64,000 nucleotides of DNA from Mobula hypostoma (lineage: Eukaryota): assembly GCF_963921235.1 (NCBI RefSeq), contig NC_086108.1, positions 54,810,001 through 54,874,000 of the forward strand. Direction: 5' to 3'. Under the pieces are notes generated by a model. The model did no database searches. It saw only the letters and a program-made list of their open reading frames with translations, and was not told where the DNA came from. How positions within the stretch are numbered: position 1 is the first letter of the stretch; every line of letters begins with the position of its first letter. The position numbers and the translations under genes were made by a program. This document shows positions 12,901-24,789 of the stretch, one piece after another.

Positions 12901-13552
12901 ATTTGCCACTTCTTTGCCCATTCCCCTAAACTATCAAGTTTCGCTGCCAGCTCTCTGTTTCCTCAACACTACCCGCTCCTCCACCTATCTTTGTATCATC
13001 GACAAATTTAGCCAGAAATCCATTAAAGCCATAGTCCAAATCATTGACGTGCATTGTAAAAAGCAGCAGTCCCAACACTGACCCTTGTGGAACTCCACTG
13101 GTACTGGCAGCCAGCCAGAATAGGATCCCTTTATTCCCACTCTTTGTTTTTTGCCGATCAGCCAATGCTCCACCCATGCTAGTAACTTCCCTGTAATTCC
13201 ATGGGCTCTTATCTTGCTAAGCAGCCTCATGTGCGGCACCTTGTCAAAGGTCTTTTGAAAATCCAAGTACACCACATCTACTGCATCCCCTTTGTCTACT
13301 CTGCTTGTAATTTCCTCAAACAATTGCAGTAGGTTTGTCAGGCAGGATTTTCCTTTCAGGAAACCATGCTGGCTTTGGCCTATCTTGTCATGTGCCTCCA
13401 GGTACTCCCTAATCTCTTCCCTAACAATCGATTCCAACAACTTCCCAACCACTGATGTTAGGCTAACAGGTCTATAGTTTCCTTTCCTCTGCCTCTCACC
13501 CTTCTTAAATAGCGGAGTAATATTTTCAATTTTCCAGTCATCTGGTACAATG

Positions 13553-15546
13553 TATCAATTCCAAAGAAGAAACATACAAATTAGCCAGAAAAAGCAGCAC
13601 ACCTGAGGACTGGGAGAAATTCAGTGTCCAGCAGAGGAGGACAAAGGGCTTAATTAGGAAAAGGAAAAAAGATTATGAGAGAAAGCTGGCAGGGAACATA
13701 AAAACTGACTGTAAAAGCTTTTATAGGTATGTGAAAAGAAAAAAGATTAGTTAAGATAAATGTAGGTCCCTTACAGTCAGAAACAGGTGAATTGATCAAG
13801 GACATGGCAGACCAATTGAATAACTACTTTGGTTCTGTTTTCACTAAGGAGTACATAAATAATCTTCTGGAAACAGTAGGGGACCGAGGGTCTAGTGAGA
13901 TGCAAGAACTGAGGGAAATACATGTTAGTAGGGAAGTGGTGTTCGGTAAATTGAAGGGATTAAAGGCAGATAAATCCCCAGGGCCACATGGTCTGCATCC
14001 CAGAGTGCTTAAGGAAGTAGCCCAAGAAATAGTGGATGCATTAGTAATAATTTTTCAAAACTCTTTAGATTCTGGACTAGTTCCTGAGGATTGGAGGGTA
14101 GCTAATGTAACCCCGCTTTTTAAAAAAGGAGGGAGAGAGAAACCGGGGAATTGTAGACCGGTTAGCCTAACATCAGTGGTGGGAAAAATGCTAGAGTCAG
14201 TTATCAAAGATGTGATAACAGCACATTTGGAAAGCGGTGAAATCATCGGACAAAGTCAGCATGGATTTGTGAAAGGAAAATCATGTCTGACAAATCTCAC
14301 AGAATTTTTTGAGGATGTAACTAGTAGAGTGGATAGGGGAGAACCAGTGGATGTGGTATATTTGGATTTTCAAAAGGCTTTTGACAAGGTCCCACACAGG
14401 AGATTGGTGTGCAAACTTAAAGCACATGGTATTGATGTGGATAGAGAATTGGTTGGCAGACAGGAAGCAAAGAGTGGGAATAAACCGGACCTTTTCAGAA
14501 TGGCAGGCAGTGACTAGTGGGGTACCGCAAGGCTCAGTGCTGGGACCCCAGTTGTTTACAATATATATTAATGATTTAGATGAGGGAATTAAATGCAGCA
14601 TCTCCAAGTTTGCGGATGACATGAAGCTGGGCAGCAGTGTTAGCTGTGAGGAGAATGCTAAGAGGATGCAGGGTGACTTGGATAGGTTAGGTGAGTGGGC
14701 AAGTTCATGGCAGATGCAGTTTAATGTGGATAAATGTGAGGTTATCCACTTTGGTGGCAAGAACAGGGAAACAGATTATTATCTGAATGGTGGCCGATTA
14801 GGAAAAGGGGAGGTGCAACAAGACCTGGGTGTCATTGTACACCAGTCATTGAAAGTGGGCATGCAGGTACAGCAGGCGGTGAAAAAGGCGAATGGTATGC
14901 TGGCATTCATAGCAAGAGGATTCGAGTACAGGAGCAGGGAGGTTCTACTGCAGTTGTACAAGGCCTTGGTGAGACCACACCTGGAGTATTGTGTGCAGTT
15001 TTAGTCCCCTAATCTGAGGAAGGACATCCTTGCCATAGAAGGAGTACAAAGAAGGTTCACCAGATTGATTCCTGGGATGGCAGGACTTTCATATGAAGAA
15101 AGACTGGATCGACTAGGCTTATACTCTCTGGAATTTAGAAGATTGAGGGGGGATCTTATTGAAACGTATAAAGTTCTAAAGGGATTGGACAGGCTAGATG
15201 CAGGAAGATTGTTCCCGATGTTGGGGAAGTCCAGAATGAGGGGTCGCAGTTTAAGGATAAAGGGGGAGCCTTTTAGGACCGAGATGAGGAAAAACTTCTT
15301 CATACAGAGAGTGGTGAATCTGTGGAATTCTCTGCCACAGGAAACAGTTGAGGCCAGTTCACTGGCTATATTTAAGAGGGAGTTAGATATGGCCCTTGTG
15401 GCTAAAGGGATCGGGGGTATAGAGAGAAGGCAGGTACAGGGTTCTGAGTTGGATGATCAGCCATGATCATACTGAACGGCAGTGCAGGATCGAAGGGCCG
15501 AATGACCTATTGCTACACCTATTTTCTATGTTCCTATGTTTCTATG
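13553..15546 (+). mobile_element. 5'-truncated CR1 (CR1-C) inserted into CR1-B
   Basis: RT ORFs 13792-14517, 14351-15004 and 15065-15466. (ctatgttt)n-type tail. CR1-B sequence is continuous across the insertion, with atg on both sides. Confidence 0.9.
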
Positions 15547-16698
15547 CCAGAATCTATCGATTCTTGAAAGTTCATTGTTCATGCCTCTGCAGTCTCTCCA
15601 TCTACTTCCTTCAGAACCCGAGGGTGCATTCCATCAGGTCCAGGAGATTTATCTACCCTCAGACTATTAAGCTTCCTGAGCACCTTTTCAGTAGTAATTT
15701 TCACTGCACGTACTTTACTTCCCTGACACTCTTTAATGCCCAGTATATTGCAGATGTCTCCCACTGTGAAGACTGATGCAAAATACACATTCAGTTCTTC
15801 TGCCATCTCTGCATCTCTCATTACAATATCTCCAGGGTCTTTTTTTATTGGTCCTATATCTACTGTCAACTCTCTTTTACCCTTTATATAAAAAATCTTT
15901 TAGCATCTTCTTTGATATTAGTCACCAACTTCCTTTCATAATTCATCTTTTCCTTCCTAATGACCTTCTTAGTTTCCTTCTGCAAGTTTTTAAAAGCTTC
16001 CCAATCCTCTATCTTCCCACTAGCTTTGGCTTCTTTGTATGCCCTCTCTTTTGCTTTTACTTTGGCTTTGACTTCACTTGTCAGCCACAGTAGTGTCCTT
16101 CTTCCATTCGAAAATTTCTTCTTAATTGGAATATATCTGCTTGCACTTCCCTCATTTTTTGTGGAAACTCCAGCCATTGCTGCTCTGCTGTCCTTCCTGC
16201 CAGTGTCCCTTTCCAGTCAACTTTGGCCAGTTCCCCTCTCATGCCATTGTAATTTCCTTTATTCCACTGAAATACTGACAGATTGGATTTTAATTTCTCC
16301 TTCTCAAATTTCAAAGTGAACTCAATCATATTGTGATTATTGTTCCCTAAGGGTTCCTAAACCTTAAGCTTTCTTATCACCTCTGGATCATTGCACAACA
16401 CCCATTCCAGCACAGCCGATGCCCTAGTGGGCTCAACAACAAGCTGTTCTAAAAAGCCATCCCTTAGACATTCTACAAATTCTCTCTCTTGAGGTCCAGT
16501 ACTGACCTGGTTTTCCCAATCCACTTTCATGTTAAAATCCCCAATGATTATCATGACATTGCCCTCCTGATATGTCCTTTCTATCTCCTGCTGTAATTTG
16601 TAATCCGCATCCTGGCTGCTGTTTGGAGGCCTGTATACAACTGTCATTCGCGTCCTTTTACCCTTGCTATTTCTTAACTCAACCCATAGGGACTGTAT

Positions 16699-16851
16699 CT
16701 CACAGCTATCTGGACTATTCCTCTTCTCACCCTGTCACTCACAGCTATCTGGACTATTCCTCTTCTCACCCTGTCCTCACAGCTATCTGGACTATTCCTC
16801 TTCTCACCCTGTCCTCACAGCTATCTGGACTATTCCTCTTCTCACCCTGTC
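16699..16851 (+). repeat. Four identical 38-bp tandem direct repeats at the PLE 5' junction
   Basis: Unit ctcacagctatctggactattcctcttctcaccctgtc at 16699, 16738, 16776 and 16814, with one extra A at 16737. Confidence 0.97.
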
Positions 16852-17983
16852 TCTTGCAAAAACGCCATCCCCTTCTCGCAATTCCTCCGTCTCTGCTGCA
16901 TCTGCCCTCAGGATGAGGCTTTTCATTCTAGGACGAGGGAGATGTCTTCCTTTTTTAAAGAAAGGGGCTTCCCTTCCTCCACTATCAACTCTGCTCTTAA
17001 ACGCATCTCCCCCATTTCACGTACATCTGCTCTCACTCCATCCTCCCACCACCCCACTAGGAATAGGGTTCCCCTTGTCCTCACCTACCACCCCACCAGC
17101 CTCCGGGTCTAACATATTATTCTCCGTAACTTCCGCCACCTCCAACGGGATCCCACTACTAAGCACATCTTTCCCTCCCCTCCCTCTCTGCATTCCGCAG
17201 GGATCGCTCCCAACGCAACTCCCTTGTCCATTCGTCCCCCCCATCCCTCCCCACTGATCTCCCTCCTGGCACTTATCCGTGTAAGCGGAACAAGTGCTAC
17301 ACATGCCCTTACACTTCCTCCCTTACCACCATTCAGGGCCCCAAACAGTCCTTCCAGGTGAGGCAACACTTCACCTGTGAGTCGACTGGGGTGATATACT
17401 GCGTCCGGTGCTCCCGATGTGGCCTTTTATATATTGGCGAGACCCGACGCAGACTGGGAGACCGCTTTGCTGAACATCTACGCTCTGTCTGCCAGAGAAA
17501 GCAGGATCTCCCAGTGGCCACACATTTTAATTCCACATCCCATTCCCATTCTGACATGTCTATCCACGGCCTCCTCTACTGTAAAGATGAAGCCACACTC
17601 AGGTTGGAGGAACAACACCTTATATTCCGTCTGGGTAGCCTCCAACCTGATGACATGAACATCGACTTCTCTAACTTCCCCTAAGGCCCCACCTCCCCCT
17701 CGTACCCCATCTGTTACTTATTTTTATGCACACATTCTTTCTCTCACTCTCCTTTTTCTCCCTCTGTCCCTCTGAATATACCTCTTGCCCATCCTCTGGG
17801 TCCCCCCCCCTTGTCTTTCTTCCCGGACCTCCTGTCCCAAGATCCTCTCGTATCCCCTTTTGCCTATCACCTGTCCAGCTCTTGGCTCTATCTCTCCCCC
17901 TCCTGTCTTCTCCTATCATTTTGGATCTCCCCCTCCCCCTCCCCCTCCAACTTTCAAATCCCTTACTCACTCTTCCTTCAGTT

Positions 17984-18019
17984 AGTCCTGATGAAGGGTC
18001 TCGGCCTGAAACGTCGACT
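17984..18019 (+). ncRNA. Minimal type-I hammerhead ribozyme motif in the PLE terminal repeat
   Basis: agtc-CTGATGA-a-gggt ctcg gcct-GAAA-cg-TC-gact. Stem I agtc/gact, conserved core boxes, short stem II, palindromic ACGT at helix III, GUC cleavage triplet. Confidence 0.75.
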
Positions 18020-21000
18020 GCACCTCTTCCTACAGATGCTGCCTGGCCTGCTGCGTTCACCAGCAACCTTGATGTGCGTTGCTTGAATTTCCAGCATCTG
18101 CAGAATTCCTGTTGTTTCCATAGGGACTCTACACCTTCTGATCCTACGTCATCCCTTTCTGATGATTTAATATTATTTTGTATACACAGGGCCACACCAC
18201 CCCCTCTGTCTTGTAACCTATCTTTCCGATATACCATATATCCTTGGATGTTCAGCTCCCAGTGGCAGCCAAGTTTCAGAGATGGGCACAATGTCATACT
18301 TGCCAATCTGTAGCTGAATTTCAAGATCGTCTATTTTCTTCCTTACACTGCGTGCATTCAAATATAGCACTTTCAGTCCAGTATTTGTTGCTTTCTGTCT
18401 TAACTGCACCACACCTCTATTGCCCTGTAACTCATCCTACTGGCTGCGATTATGCCTCATCTCCTGCCTGTCCTTTCTATCATCTCTGTTGCACGCTATC
18501 TTTGATTTATTTCTGTTTTTCCCCTTCCTCAGCCCTATCACTCTGGTTCCCATCCCCCTGTAAATTAGTTTAAACCCTCCCTAACAGTTCTATTAAACCT
18601 GACTGCTAGGATACTGGACCCCTTTGAGTTCAGGTGTAACCCTTCCTTTTTGTACTGGTCGTACCTTGCCAGAAGAATCCCAGTGATCCAGGAACCCAAA
18701 GCCCTGACCCCTACACCAGTCTCTTAGCCATGCATTAATATGCCTGATCATGCTATTCTTGCGCTTGTTGGCACTGGCACAGGCAGCAATCCTGAGATTA
18801 CTATCCTGGAGGTCCTGCTTTTCAGCTTTCTCCCTAACTCCCTCAGTTCTCTCTTCAGGACCTCCTCCCATGAGAATGCCTTGGTGAGCAGGATTACAGA
18901 AGAGTCCAAGGTATTCTACAGGTATATGAAAAGCAAGATGTGAGAATAGGTCCAATCAGGTGCAATAGTGGAAACATGTGAATGGAGTCGGAGGAGGTAG
19001 CGGAGGTGCTTAATGAATGCTTTGCTTCAGTATTCACCAGGGAAAAGGACCTTGGCAATTGTGGGGATGACTTACAGCAGATTGAAACACGAGCATATGG
19101 ACATTAGGAAAGAGGATAAAGCACTAAGTTAGATAAGTCGCTGGATCTGCATGAGATATACCCCAGGCCTCTGTGGGAAGAGAGGGAGGAGGTTGCTGAG
19201 CCTCTAGCAATGATCTTTGCATCATCAATTGGGATGAGAGAAGTACCAGAGGATTGGAGGGTTGCAAATGTTGTTCACTTGTTCAAGAAAGAGAGCAGAG
19301 ATGACCCAAGAAATGACAGACCAGTGGTGAGCAAGTTGTTGGAGAAGATCTTGAGAGGCATGATTTATGAGCATTTGGAGAGACATAATCTGATTAGGGA
19401 TCGTCAGCATAGCTTTGTCAAGGACAGGTTGTGCCTTATGAGCCTGATCTAATTCTTTGAGGATGTAAGAAAACACATTGAAGGTAGAGCAGTGGATGTA
19501 GTGTATATGGATTTCACTAAGGCATTTGATAAGGTTCCCCATGCAAGGCTCATTCAGAAAGTAAGGAGACTTTGCTTTGTGGATCCAGAATTGGGTTGCT
19601 CACAGAAAGCAAAGGGTGATTGTAGATGGTTTGTATTCTGCATGGAGGTCGGTGACCCCAGGGATCTGTTCTGGGGACATCCCCCCCTTTTGTGATTTTT
19701 ATAAATGAGCTGGATAAGGAGGTAAAAGGGTGAGTTAGTAAGTTTGCTGATGACACAAAATTTTGGGGTATTGTGGGTCTGGAGGGTTGTCAGAGGTTAC
19801 AGTGGGACATCAACAGGATGCAGTACTGGGCTGAGAAGTGGCAGATAGATTTCAACCCAGATAAGAGTGAAGTGGTTCATTTTGGTGGGTCAAATTTGAA
19901 GACAGAATATCATATTAATGGTAAGACTCTTGCAGTGTGGAGAATCAGCGAGATCTTGGGGTTCGTGTCTATAGGACACTCAAAGTTGACAGTACTGTTA
20001 AGAAGGCGTATGGTGTGTTGGCATTCATCAATTGTGGGATTGAGTTCAAGAACCCTGAGGTAATGTTACAGGTATATAAGACCCTAGCTAGGCCCCACTT
20101 GGAGTACTGTGTTCAGTTTTGGTCACCTCTCTACAGGAAGGATGTGGATACTATAGAGAGAGTGCAGAGATTTACAAGGATGTTGCCTGGATTGGAGAGC
20201 ATGCCTTTATAGGTTGACTGAACTTGGCTTTTCCTCCTTGGAGGGACAGAGGATGAAAGGTGACCTGATAGAGGTGTATAAGATGATGAGGGGCATTGAC
20301 TGTGTGGCTAGCCAGAGGCTTTTTCCCAGGGCTGAAATGGTTAACACAAGGGAGAATAGTTTTACGGTGCTTGGAAGTAGGTATAGCGGGGATATCAGAG
20401 GTAAGTTTTTCACTCAGAGGGTGGTGCGTGTGTGGAATGCACTACCAGTAATGGTGGTGGAGGTGGATACAATAGGGTCTTTTAAGAGACTCTTAGAGAG
20501 ATACTGTACATGGAGCTTAGAAAAATAGAGGGCAATGCGGCAGGGAAATCCTAGGCAGTTTCCAGAATAGGTTACATATTTGGCACACCATAGTTGATCT
20601 AAGGGCCTGTAATGTGCTGCATATTTCTATGTTCTATTGAAGTTGTCTCATTGGGACTTTTTTTCTTTCACATTAACCAATCCTCAGCCATGTCACTATA
20701 TTATCTCTAATACTATGGTTCTAATTTTGTTTAATAATCTCTTAAATGGTAGTTTATCACCTGTATGGATTTATGCAAACACAAATACAACATATCAGTA
20801 GGCTTACCTTTATCTTTTCAGCGTTTTCCAATCTTAAATGGTTACAAGAGATTTGTCAAACCTGATTAACCTTCCTTCCATCCATATCGAGTCTGTTCAG
20901 TCCGATCATTATTTCCCAAGTTCACGATTACCTCTTATTTTATGGCAGATTCTAAGTGATTGCTTTATCAGGAATATCACAGTAATTCGTCTATAATTCT

Positions 21001-22259
21001 ATTTTTACCCCCTTTTTTTTAAATAGTAAGATTGCATTTAGTATGTTCCAATCTGTGGAACCATTTCAAAATTTGGAATTTGAAACATGACAACTTGTGA
21101 ATCCACTTTTTTGTTAGCAACATCCTTCAGAACTGTAGAGTGCATCTCATTAGGGCCAGGGGATTTATTGCCCTTCACTTATGATAATTTCAATACTTTA
21201 AAAAAATTAATGCTAATTCCTTTGAAGCCCTTATTCACCCTAAATTAGTAGTTCTTCATTATTTCCTGATTTTCTGCCTTACATAAAGGCAGACTCAGAA
21301 TATTCATTTATTTATTACTTTGCCATTTCCTTATTACCCCAGTGTGACTTATGCTGTCATATTCTGTAAGAGACACACCCAATTTAATTTCTAAAGCTTC
21401 CTCTTTATAGAACTGTTAAAGGTCCTACAATATATCTCAGTAGGTTATTTTTGTGTTTGTTTCTCTTTTCTTATCAAAGCCTTAGTCCTCCTTGGCTAAT
21501 TCCTGAACTCTGCCCAATCCTCAAGTTTATTGGGTTGTTTTTTGTTTGGCTTGGCAATGCTGTTAGCTGCTTCCTTCATTTAATATTATTTTAATGTTGT
21601 GGTTTCTCCCCGGGATGGATCAGTTTTTCTGCTATATTATCTCAAGGCGATATATTATTTTACAGGGATATGTTATTTTACGTTAACTCTTTATTGTTAT
21701 ATCTTCTGATGCAATTTCCCAATAATCTTTAGTTTTATGCACCTTTTTTAACCAAGGTCAACAAACCATTTGCCTTTTGAAATGCCAGTAGTATCTGAAC
21801 TTGGTTTGTCTCAGTTCGGCTTGAAGCTTGTTTGTATCGTTATTACTATTTGGGAACAGGCAGTTTAAACGGTTTCAGCATGGACTGGACGGGCCGAAGG
21901 GCCTGGTTCTTTGCAGTAATTTCCTATGACTATTTCCATTGTCATTTAGTTTTGTGTATCAAAAAACTTGGAAGCGTTACATTTGGTTCCCCACCCTCCG
22001 TTCCCGAGCCAGATTATTAATTGAATCATGGCAATCCAATAATTTCAGGATAATTTTTCGACAAAATTAGCATTTTATTTCCGGGATTTCTGCGTATTTA
22101 AACTCTTTCTTATTGTACAAATGCCTTTCTTTGAATGCGGAATTTCTCTTCCTGCTGATATGGACTATTTATTTATAAAATACTTTTATTTACAAATTAT
22201 TTTCAATCCCTCACTACGGCACTGAAGGGAAGTGGTTGGACAAAATTCACTTGGATTTA

Positions 22260-22533
22260 GCCAAATAGTGCGCTGATGACTGACGGGCTGATCTTCCATA
22301 TGATTGGTTACCCAGCCTGAACGGATCGCGGATTGGACACCTCCGCTCCACCAGTAAAAAGTGGTGAGTCCTCCGGCAGGTTGCGAGTGCCTATTGGTCA
22401 GCTGGTTTGCAGTATTTGCTGATTGGTAAAAGGATGCTACGCGTTGGCCAGCTGCACCCGTGGCAGCGTCGCTGATTGGATGGTTTCGGTTGGTAGGGGA
22501 AGGGTGACAACGCAGAGCTAGATCGGCAGGAAG
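22260..22533 (+). promoter_or_regulatory. LEPROT: LEPROT promoter and 5' UTR: CpG-rich, five inverted CCAAT boxes
   Basis: ATTGG at 22303, 22332, 22393, 22422 and 22475. Local CpG enrichment against a CpG-poor background. A YY1-like AAGATGGCGG at 22531-22540 overlaps the ATG. Confidence 0.8.
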
Positions 22534-22549
22534 ATGGCGGGGATCAAAG
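22534..22549 (+). CDS. LEPROT: LEPROT (endospanin-1/OB-RGRP, Vps55 family) coding exon 1
   Basis: aagATGGCGGGGATCAAAG|gtagga encodes MAGIK(A). 16 nt, phase-compatible with exon 2. Confidence 0.9.
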
Positions 22550-23002
22550 GTAGGATGCGCCTCAACAGTGCCCACGAAACTGCGTTTGGAGTCTTCCCAG
22601 TGAGGCCTCAGCTATAGTAGAGGCCTCACTCGGATGACGGGGGTCGGTGCCCGCTCGGTCGGAAATCACACTGTCGTCATATTCACAGCGAAAAACCTCG
22701 GCTTCTCCTGGGAAGCTGGATCTTGTTGGTCAGCAGCGGAACTCCTCCCAAGTGCCGCTCTTCACTCGTGAGCCCTGACAGTGAGTGCCAATTGTACAGC
22801 ATAACAGCAGGAGCGATTCCACCCTCCTGTCCTGCAACTGAGAGTCGGGCGTATTCCCTCCTTCCCTTGTGTAGCGTCATAGTGGAACAGGCTTAGTATT
22901 TGAGATGGAACCCTGATGCTGTATACCACTCAGTCATTCTGATTGTTGAATATCTTCAAGCCGAAGCATTTCCTCCTTATTTATGGTCTGAAACGCTAGA
23001 CA

Positions 23003-23148
23003 GAAGAGACTACAGATGCTGGAATCTAGAGCAATAAAAACAACAGCTGGAGGAACTCAGCGGGCGAGGCAACATTGGGAGGAAAATGGACAGTTCCCTC
23101 TCAGATGTTGACTGATCAACTGAGTTTCTTCAGTTTATGTTTTGATTT
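23003..23148. repeat. Older inverted PLE terminal-repeat remnant
   Basis: cagatgctggaatctagagc...ggaggaactcagc followed by an inverted ctgagtttcttcag. It hosts the younger insertion at 23150. Confidence 0.5.
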
Positions 23149-23149
23149 G

Positions 23150-23270
23150 TCCTGACGAAGGGTCCCGGTCCGAAACGCCGACTTCCTATAGATGCTGCCT
23201 GGCCTGCTGCGGTCACCAGCATTTTCTGTGTGTGTTGCTTGAATTTCCAGCATCTGCAGATTTCCTCGTT
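23150..23270 (+). mobile_element. PLE-derived mini-element (about 120 bp) with a hammerhead motif; cleavage triplet mutated to GCC
   Basis: gtc-CTGACGA-agggtcccggtcc-GAAA-cg-cc-gac. TSD tttat(g/a)ttttgatttg at 23134-23149 and 23271-23286. Confidence 0.8.
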
Positions 23271-24789
23271 TTTATATTTTGATTTGCTTGGTTTTCATTT
23301 AACAGGGATAAAGTGTGGTACTCACTACCGTGAGAAAAAATGTTTCAAATAAGCAATTAGTTTCTCAATTACTAAGAAAACATGTGTTGAGTGTGGATGA
23401 GGATTCTTCCTCAAGATCTTAAGCTGTAACTTATTTTTGGTAGAGCCAATTTCTCAAGTGGCTTCTAAATGTCATTACACAAATCCATATCTGAGGCCTA
23501 TAGGGAGACGTGTTGGGCCAAAAGCTTGATAAAGGAACTGGATTTTAATTCAGGGATTCAGATAGATTTAACAAGTGAAGGCTGTCAATGAAAAACTAAT
23601 AAAGTTGATGAACTCCAAGGGTAGAAATTTTTTTTGAGTGGAGAAAATTACAGAGATGTTGATCAGCTTTTAAAACAGATAACTAATGTGAAGATAATGC
23701 AGGCTGGTATGAGTTGGCATACGGGCAGCAGTGTTTTAAATTGATTTGAGTTTTTGTATGGCGGGAGAATGCTTTCAACTGGGAGTTCACTGGAATAGTC
23801 AAACTGAGAAGAGACAAAGTTGTGATTGGTTGTTTCAGCACCTAAGGTGTATATAAGGGTTGTTATACGTAGGGAGTGATATATTTGGTTTGGGATTGGA
23901 AACTCAACTTTGAGTCAGATAGGATGTCAGGGTCCGGTTTCTCTTTGATATTCTGAATGGTTGAGTATGGCTCTTAAGAACAAAAATTGTGGTGAGGTAT
24001 TGACCTTTTCATTTTTTATTGAACGATATTAATGCCCATAGTGTATAGTTTATCAGGCAAATAGTGACGTTAGAGGGAGCCAGACAGTCCAAGTATTTTG
24101 ATGGACATGTTATTGATAACTTGCCAGATGCAATAAATGGAGTGGCTAAATCAAAAAATTTAAGATTTCTTAAAGCAAATTGCATTTGGCTGAAATGATT
24201 GAATTCCTGGAGATAATGGAGAAGGCTAATCAAGGAAATTTAGTGGGTGATTTCTAGATGTTAGGAATACATTCAGTAGCATAACACAGGAGCCAAGAGG
24301 ATGTTGGTTAAGTATTGGCTCAGTGGAAGAAATTAAACTGTAAAGCTCAGAGGATGTTTTTCTCTCTTCAGGACCTCCTACCATTTCCGAATATGTCATT
24401 GGTTCCAATATGTACCACGTCTTCTGGCTGTTCTTCTTTCCCCTTTACAATGCTGTAGACATGACCCTAGACGTTTCTGACCCAGGCACTTGGGGGGCAA
24501 AATACCGTCTGGGTGTCTTTATTACATCCACAGAATCTATTGTCTGCTCCCCTAACGATGGAAACCCCTATCACTACTGCATTCCTCTTTTCCCTCCTTC
24601 TCTTCTTAGCCACTGAGACAGACTCAGTGCCAGTGACCTGCTCACTGTGGCTTTTCCTTGATAGGTCAATCCCCGCACCCCCCCGCCCCATCAGTATCCA
24701 AAGAAGTATACTTCCTGAGGGGAACTGTCAGAGGGGTACGCTGCACTGGCTGCCTATTTCCTTGCCCTCTTCTGACAGTCACCCAGGTA

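Larger units (their letters stand above)
16695..18117 (+). mobile_element. 5'-truncated Penelope-like element (GIY-YIG endonuclease and terminal repeat) inserted into CR1-B
   Basis: 11-bp TSD ccatagggact (16684-16694 and 18118-18128). ORF 17358-17684 reads FTCESTGVIYCVRCSRCGLLYIGETRRRLGDRFAEH...HFN, a GIY-YIG domain, preceded by CKRNKCYTC. Confidence 0.92.
12359..18867 (-). mobile_element. CR1 (CR1-B) inserted into CR1-A
   Basis: 8-bp duplication ccatgaga at 12351-12358 and 18868-18875. Minus-strand RT, endonuclease and ORF1 fragments (ORFs 12926-13452, 15579-16647, 18218-18955). Same family as 25064-27345. Confidence 0.9.
10170..20637 (+). mobile_element. Near full-length CR1 (CR1-A): ORF1, APE endonuclease and RT, split by an insertion at 12359-18867
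   Basis: ORF1 zinc-finger start MAVECSSCRTWEF...YTCGKC (10335-10589). SGNH esterase-like IGDSIVR/VCCLPG near 10770-10855. APE motifs at 11360-11940. RT resumes at 18868. The tail ttctatgttctat ends near 20637. Confidence 0.85.
8300..21550 (-). mobile_element. Old, highly degenerate CR1 in pieces (about 8300-8860, 9940-10165, 20640-21550); probable outermost host of the nested cluster
   Basis: Minus-strand RT remnants in collinear order: LELYRCLVKLHLE (8631-8867), a QGTSART-type PQGSVLG remnant near 10150, and a decayed YLDF.KAFD near 20760-20800. Confidence 0.5.

Noticed and set aside
16699..16851. 38-bp direct repeats as a CRISPR array
   Set aside because: There are no spacers, the unit is PLE coding sequence, there are no cas genes, and the context is eukaryotic.
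17671..18324. Overlapping 195-aa and 217-aa ORFs as novel proteins
   Set aside because: They run through the low-complexity pyrimidine tract and terminal repeat of the PLE and across an insertion junction.
22186..22575. 129-aa antisense ORF over the LEPROT promoter
   Set aside because: No recognisable protein features. GC-rich promoter sequence readily gives open frames.
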